Part shown: in pieces, positions 42,143-45,116 of the stretch
Layout of the letters: each line of letters starts with the position of its first letter
Position numbering within the stretch: the stretch's first letter is position 1
Source of the DNA: a virus
Length of the DNA: 45,116 nt
Strand: one strand, 5' to 3'
IMG/VR virus record: IMGVR_UViG_3300021431_000034
Location: 1-45,116 of that record
Notes under the pieces: model-generated
What the model was told of the DNA's origin: nothing
Database searches by the model: none
Seen by the model: the letters and a program-made list of their open reading frames with translations, nothing else
Made by a program: the position numbers and the translations under genes

Positions 42143-42406
42143 TCACCCCTTCTTTTTCGGTTCAATATAGGTCATTGCAAGGTCACTGTCACTGATTCCA
42201 TGTGTGGTGGGGTCTGTGACAATTCCAAGGATGGAAAGAACCACAAAGACCGCATTCACAACCACAATCAGTCTGTTTCCAAGTTCACCAAGGTCAATGG
42301 TGTAACCAAAGACTGCTGCAACTGCCTGAATGAGCAGAAGAACAGCAGGAATGATTGCAAGCCAAAAGTTTTTGTTCTTGATTCTAACTTTCCAGTTGAT
42401 GTTCAT
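42143..42406 (-). CDS. Holin (phi-LC3 / SPP1-holin-like)
   Basis: MNINWKVRIKNKNFWLAIIPAVLLLIQAVAAVFG...LGIVTDPTTHGISDS. ATG 42406 sits behind GAAAGGAACAGGTGA. Confidence 0.75.
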   Translation of the reverse strand: MNINWKVRIKNKNFWLAIIPAVLLLIQAVAAVFGYTIDLGELGNRLIVVVNAVFVVLSILGIVTDPTTHGISDSDLAMTYIEPKKKG

Positions 42407-42428
42407 TTTGTTCACCTGTTCCTTTCTG

Positions 42429-42758
42429 TCAGTCTGTATTGATTGGAAGTTTCCTGACATCTTCCATGATTTTTTCAGCAGTGCCATTTCCACCAAGTGC
42501 CTTGTATGGTGCATAAAGGTATTTGTTCAGGTTTTCATATTCATCTTCAGTCATTGAACCTTTTGCAAGGTATTCTTTGCCTAAACAAATGATTCTGTCA
42601 TGTCCAAGTCCAAGAAGCATCTTGCTTTGATGGTCAAGAACTTCTTCTTTCTTGTCCTTCTTCTTGTCCTTTCTCTGTACAAGATACAAAATCAATGCCC
42701 AAAGACCCTGTGAAGCAAACACCGCTGTGAATATTGCAATCAGCAATCCATCATTCAT
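42429..42758 (-). CDS. Single-TM membrane protein of the lysis cassette (possible second holin or holin partner)
   Basis: An N-terminal TM segment (LLIAIFTAVFASQGLWALILYLV) is followed by a basic stretch and then GHDRI...YKALGGNG. Confidence 0.5.
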   Translation of the reverse strand: MNDGLLIAIFTAVFASQGLWALILYLVQRKDKKKDKKEEVLDHQSKMLLGLGHDRIICLGKEYLAKGSMTEDEYENLNKYLYAPYKALGGNGTAEKIMEDVRKLPINTD

Positions 42759-42788
42759 TTTGTTTTCACCTTCCTTTCCGCTTGCATG

Positions 42789-42829
42789 TTAAAAGCACCT
42801 GACAAGGTATTTCACCAAGTCAGGTGCTT
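42789..42829 (-). terminator. Stem-loop terminator candidate after the mini-protein pair
   Basis: On the minus strand, AAGCACCTGAC and GTCAGGTGCTT form an 11-bp stem with a 15-nt loop. TTTTAAC follows. Confidence 0.5.
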
Positions 42830-42839
42830 CATTTGATTG

Positions 42840-42968
42840 TTATTCCTGTGCAAGTTCAGGAAGGTCAAGGTCAATCAGAACCTGCTTCACCTGTTCCCTG
42901 ATTCTTTCAGGAACATCATTGATGGTTTTGACACCCTTGATGATAAGTGTTGCATAAACAACTGCCAT
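42840..42968 (-). CDS. Mini-protein (42 aa), paralogue B
   Basis: MAVVYATLIIKGVKTINDVPERIREQVKQVLIDLDLPELAQE. The RBS is GGAAAGGATGTGG. Confidence 0.6.
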   Translation of the reverse strand: MAVVYATLIIKGVKTINDVPERIREQVKQVLIDLDLPELAQE

Positions 42969-43018
42969 TTTTTCCACATCCTTTCCTAAAATGATTTTAA
43001 GTATGAGATAAAGAAACA

Positions 43019-43150
43019 TCAGGCTTCACCTTCAGTTCCAACCCATCCCCTGTCCTGAAGAATCTTGATGACATCCGCTTTCAGCTTCTTGGGAACATCA
43101 TCAATGGTCTTGATTCCCTTCATGATTAAATCTGCATAAACTGCTGCCAT
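43019..43150 (-). CDS. Mini-protein (43 aa), paralogue A
   Basis: MAAVYADLIMKGIKTIDDVPKKLKADVIKILQDRGWVGTEGEA. The RBS is GAAAGGACAGGTGA. Confidence 0.6.
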   Translation of the reverse strand: MAAVYADLIMKGIKTIDDVPKKLKADVIKILQDRGWVGTEGEA

Positions 43151-43171
43151 AGTTGTTCACCTGTCCTTTCC

Positions 43172-43438
43172 TTAACCTAACATTTCATAGACATCACAAA
43201 GTGCAATCTGTGTGTCAGTCATCTGCTGTTCAAGGGATGCATTCTTGTCATCAATCATCTTGATGTATTCATCCTTGTCATACTGCACCAGGTTGTATTC
43301 AAAACCAGTGAATCCTTCCTGGTCATCAGTTCCTGCTTCAGAAACCGCCTGGATGTCAGATGCAATCCACACACTGAATTCATCAATGACCTTTTCTTCA
43401 GGTCTGACTGTGCTTCTTGTCTTTCCATAATCTTTCAT
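43172..43438 (-). CDS. Acidic 88-aa protein translationally coupled to the DGR reverse transcriptase
   Basis: Its ATG 43438 overlaps the RT stop (ATGA). The C-terminus LEQQMTDTQIALCDVYEML recalls small proteins found after tail-fibre genes. Confidence 0.6.
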   Translation of the reverse strand: MKDYGKTRSTVRPEEKVIDEFSVWIASDIQAVSEAGTDDQEGFTGFEYNLVQYDKDEYIKMIDDKNASLEQQMTDTQIALCDVYEMLG

Positions 43439-44505
43439 GTGACTTTACCGCCTTTCTTGTTTTTGATGTTGAATTCATAGTATGCATCTGCATACTTCTG
43501 AACTGGTGCAATGTACTTCTGTGACAACCTATAACTATCACAATGAATCAACCATCCCTTATAGGAATTGATGGAACACCATTCTGAATAGGTCAAAGGT
43601 TTTCCTTCCAACCTGTGCCTGTTCACATTGGTCAGCTTCTTTTTCATCTGCTTGCAGGTGGTCTTCCTTAACAGCTTATAGTTCAAGAAAATTCTATAAC
43701 CCACATAGTCAACACCCCTGACATAGGAAGGAAATATTTGCCAGTTTCCTTTGATTTTAAGTTTCAGGTTCACTTTGAAGTATTCCCTGATGTCTGCAAG
43801 CAATCTGTGCAATTCTTCCTTGGTTTCACCGAAAATCACAATGTCATCCATGTATCTGAAATAGTGCTTCACATGTTTGACTTCTTTTATCCAGTGGTCA
43901 AATGCTGACAGATAGAAATTCCCTGAATACTGTGAAATATAGTTCCCAATAGGAATTCCAGTGTCACCTGGTGTGGAATCAATGATTTCATCCAATAACC
44001 AAAGCAGGTCATCATCCTTGAACAGTTTTCTGTATTTAGTTTTCAGAATGTCATGATTGATGGAAGGATAATATTTCTTTGCATCAATCTTCAAACAATA
44101 CTGACAACCAGGAACATCAGTCTGCATTGCCTTTTCCACCTTGTGCAAACACTTGTGGATTCCCCTTTCAGGGATTGCAGAATAGGTGTCATCAGTGAAG
44201 GTCTTCAGCAGAATTGGTTCAATGACCTGTAAGATTGCCCACTGACATATTCTGTCAGGGAAATAGGGCAACTTATAAATCAGTCTTTCCTTTCCACTGT
44301 CCTTCTTGATGAAGGTTTCATATTCTGATGTTTGATAGGTTTTATTGATTAGCATGTCCTGAAGCATCTTCAGATACTTGTCAGGGTCTTCATCAATCAT
44401 CTTGACTTCCTTGTACCAACCTTTTCCTTTCTTTGCATTCTTGTGTGCAAGTTTCAGGTTGTCCATGTCATAGATTCTTGAATATAAATTTCCATACCGC
44501 TTCAT
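43435..44505 (-). CDS. DGR-type reverse transcriptase
   Basis: It has the YMDD box (FRYMDDIVIFG) and the DGR-characteristic IGNYISQ motif (PIGNYISQYSGNFYL). It sits 161 nt downstream of a template repeat. Confidence 0.92.
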   Translation of the reverse strand: MKRYGNLYSRIYDMDNLKLAHKNAKKGKGWYKEVKMIDEDPDKYLKMLQDMLINKTYQTSEYETFIKKDSGKERLIYKLPYFPDRICQWAILQVIEPILLKTFTDDTYSAIPERGIHKCLHKVEKAMQTDVPGCQYCLKIDAKKYYPSINHDILKTKYRKLFKDDDLLWLLDEIIDSTPGDTGIPIGNYISQYSGNFYLSAFDHWIKEVKHVKHYFRYMDDIVIFGETKEELHRLLADIREYFKVNLKLKIKGNWQIFPSYVRGVDYVGYRIFLNYKLLRKTTCKQMKKKLTNVNRHRLEGKPLTYSEWCSINSYKGWLIHCDSYRLSQKYIAPVQKYADAYYEFNIKNKKGGKVT

Positions 44506-44622
44506 TTTGTATGCACATTTGAATGGTCAAATCTTCAAGAAAATAAAGATTTTCTTTACCAATACAACCTTTCATTCTTTTTCTGTTTTGGCAAGTGCCA
44601 GGGCAATATTGTTCACATGTAA

Positions 44623-44654
44623 GAAGCAGGACATCATTTCTGACATCCTGCTTC
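44623..44654 (-). other. Hairpin in the TR-RT spacer
   Basis: GAAGCAGGA (44623-31) pairs with TCCTGCTTC (44646-54). The loop contains the direct repeat GATGTC. Confidence 0.5.
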
Positions 44655-44666
44655 CTGTTTTTAATA

Positions 44667-44785
44667 TGCATTTAGTAAGTGACTGCTGATATTCCGATTA
44701 CGATTCGACACTGCATTATTCACATTCCAATAGAAACTGCCTGCATTAGCACCATTATTCCAATTACTGCCTAATTTAGCAACTG
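44667..44785 (-). repeat. DGR template repeat (TR), 119 bp
   Basis: It aligns without gaps to VR at an offset of 224 nt. It has 39 adenines on the coding strand. In the VR frame it would encode VAKLGSNWNNGANAGSFYWNVNNAVSNRNRNISSHLLNA, with 11 AAT Asn codons. Confidence 0.9.
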
Positions 44786-44872
44786 GTGTTTACTGACTTT
44801 TTCAATGGTTTGTGATTCTGACAGTTTGAAAACAATCAGCACAAATTGCCCATAATAATCTTTTTAAGTTCC

Positions 44873-45116
44873 TTATGCAGCAGATGCAGGTGCATACAGC
44901 AAGCGACCGCCGACATACCGATAACGAGCCGACACCGCATTAATCACATACCAATCGAAACCGCCCGCATCAGCACCATTAGTCCAATGACCGCCCAATA
45001 TAGCAACCGTGTACTGGGAAGATGCTTTGTTCTGATAGAAATTATCACCAACAGGAAGTGAACTGTTTCCATTGACTTCAGAAGCAATGAACAACCAGTC
45101 AAAGTCTTCACTGTAT
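44873..45116 (-). CDS. 3' end of the DGR target tail fiber gene (continues from 1659..1 via the circular junction)
   Basis: ...EDFDWLFIASEVNGNSSLPVGDNFYQNKASSQYTVAILGGHWTNGADAGGFDWYVINAVSARYRYVGGRLLYAPASAA*. The stop is TAA at 44875..44873. The track start at 45094 is an internal TTG. Confidence 0.85.
   Translation of the reverse strand, partial: YSEDFDWLFIASEVNGNSSLPVGDNFYQNKASSQYTVAILGGHWTNGADAGGFDWYVINAVSARYRYVGGRLLYAPASAA
44891..45009 (-). repeat. DGR variable repeat (VR), 119 bp; its first 20 bp are also present at 1..20
   Basis: There are 24 mismatches to TR. 23 are at TR-adenine positions (seen as T on the plus strand) and one is not (TR 44732 a versus VR 44956 c). VR ends 5 codons before the stop. 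Confidence 0.9.
44990..45116. repeat. Terminal redundancy, copy 2 (= 1..127)
   Basis: An exact copy of the first 127 bases of the window. Confidence 0.95.

Larger units (their letters stand above)
44506..44785 (-). ncRNA. Putative DGR template RNA (TR plus the TR-RT spacer)
   Basis: By analogy with BPP-1-type DGRs, TR and the downstream spacer are transcribed together and prime cDNA synthesis. The spacer contains a 9-bp hairpin. Confidence 0.5.
1..44989. mobile_element. Complete circularly assembled temperate phage genome (contractile tail, PBSX/Xkd-like tail module, integrase and repressor present)
   Basis: 1..127 is base-for-base identical to 44990..45116. The lysogeny, replication, packaging, head, tail, DGR and lysis modules are each present once. 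Confidence 0.85.
43435..45009 (-). mobile_element. Diversity-generating retroelement cassette (VR - TR - spacer - RT), with no Avd gene
   Basis: See the TR and VR features. The order on the minus strand is target 3' end/VR, 87 nt, TR, 161 nt, RT. Confidence 0.9.

Noticed and set aside
43435-44505. The reverse transcriptase considered as a retron, group II intron or Abi-type defence RT
   Set aside because: The adjacent TR/VR pair has adenine-specific mismatches and the IGNYISQ motif is present, which identifies a DGR RT. There is no intron RNA domain structure, maturase/En domain or msr/msd-like inverted repeats.
44468-44671. 67-aa minus-strand ORF between TR and RT, considered as a possible Avd
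   Set aside because: It starts inside TR, overlaps the RT start, has no RBS and is Cys-rich rather than a basic helical bundle. I treat it as a non-coding spacer of the DGR RNA.
44818-44839. An imperfect 9-bp hairpin with a TTCA tetraloop between the target stop and TR, considered as the VR-flanking cruciform used in target recognition
   Set aside because: It lies ~50 nt from the VR 3' end, whereas known examples lie within a few nt. It contains a mismatch and a wobble pair and is AT-rich. I keep it only as a weak possibility.
1-45116. tRNA, rRNA and tmRNA genes
   Set aside because: I saw no cloverleaf-like GC-rich 70-90 nt segments in the few intergenic gaps. All gaps are accounted for by promoters, terminators, iterons or the DGR repeats. 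A tRNAscan run would be needed to be certain.

Overview
This window holds one complete temperate phage genome that was assembled as a circle. Bases 1-127 are identical to 44990-45116, so the unit length is 44,989 bp. All genes except three lie on the minus strand. The long plus-strand ORFs in the track are Cys/Phe-rich antisense artefacts. Shine-Dalgarno sites of the GAAAGGAGGTGA type, Xkd/PBSX-like tail genes and a SPOR-domain lysin point to a Firmicutes-type host; this is inference.

Gene order on the minus strand, reading downward from the immunity switch near 38.0 kb:
- Early and replication genes: a 411-aa unknown protein, two HTH proteins, an SNF2 helicase, a small membrane protein plus an SLT transglycosylase, an HNH endonuclease, a VRR-NUC nuclease, a Cas4-like nuclease fused to a Sak4-like ATPase, a DUF669-like SSB, a family-B DNA polymerase, a P4/D5-type primase-helicase, a PAPS-reductase-like protein, a DUF3310-MazG fusion, ThyX and an HD hydrolase.
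- Late regulator and packaging: an ArpU/DUF1492-like regulator, then TerS and TerL.
- Head: an SPP1-type portal, a MuF/gp7 protein with a lethal-factor-like HExxH domain, scaffold, capsid and connectors.
- Tail: sheath, tube, a chaperone with a -1 frameshift, tape measure, an XkdP-to-XkdU-like baseplate and a tail fiber.
- Across the contig junction: a diversity-generating retroelement (DGR), holin(s), a four-domain endolysin and the attP region.
- On the plus strand: an XRE-type repressor, a 93-aa ORF and a tyrosine integrase.

Main hunt results:
1. An intact, Avd-less DGR (VR-TR-RT). Its target is a 591-aa tail fiber gene that the ORF track misses because it wraps the contig junction. 23 of 24 TR/VR mismatches fall on TR adenines.
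2. Two homologous ~295-bp elements in inverted orientation. Each is an array of GGTTCAAGGT iterons around an AT-rich core. Together they bracket the whole 16-kb early/replication/immunity module.
3. A textbook divergent promoter/operator switch, plus a recurrent GTATCTT(G/A)AAA box at the heads of early transcription units.
4. Several unusual fusions: MuF with an LF-like protease, a Cas4-like nuclease with Sak4, DUF3310 with MazG, and a PAPS reductase split by an internally duplicated insert.

All motif counts and alignments were done by eye and should be recomputed.
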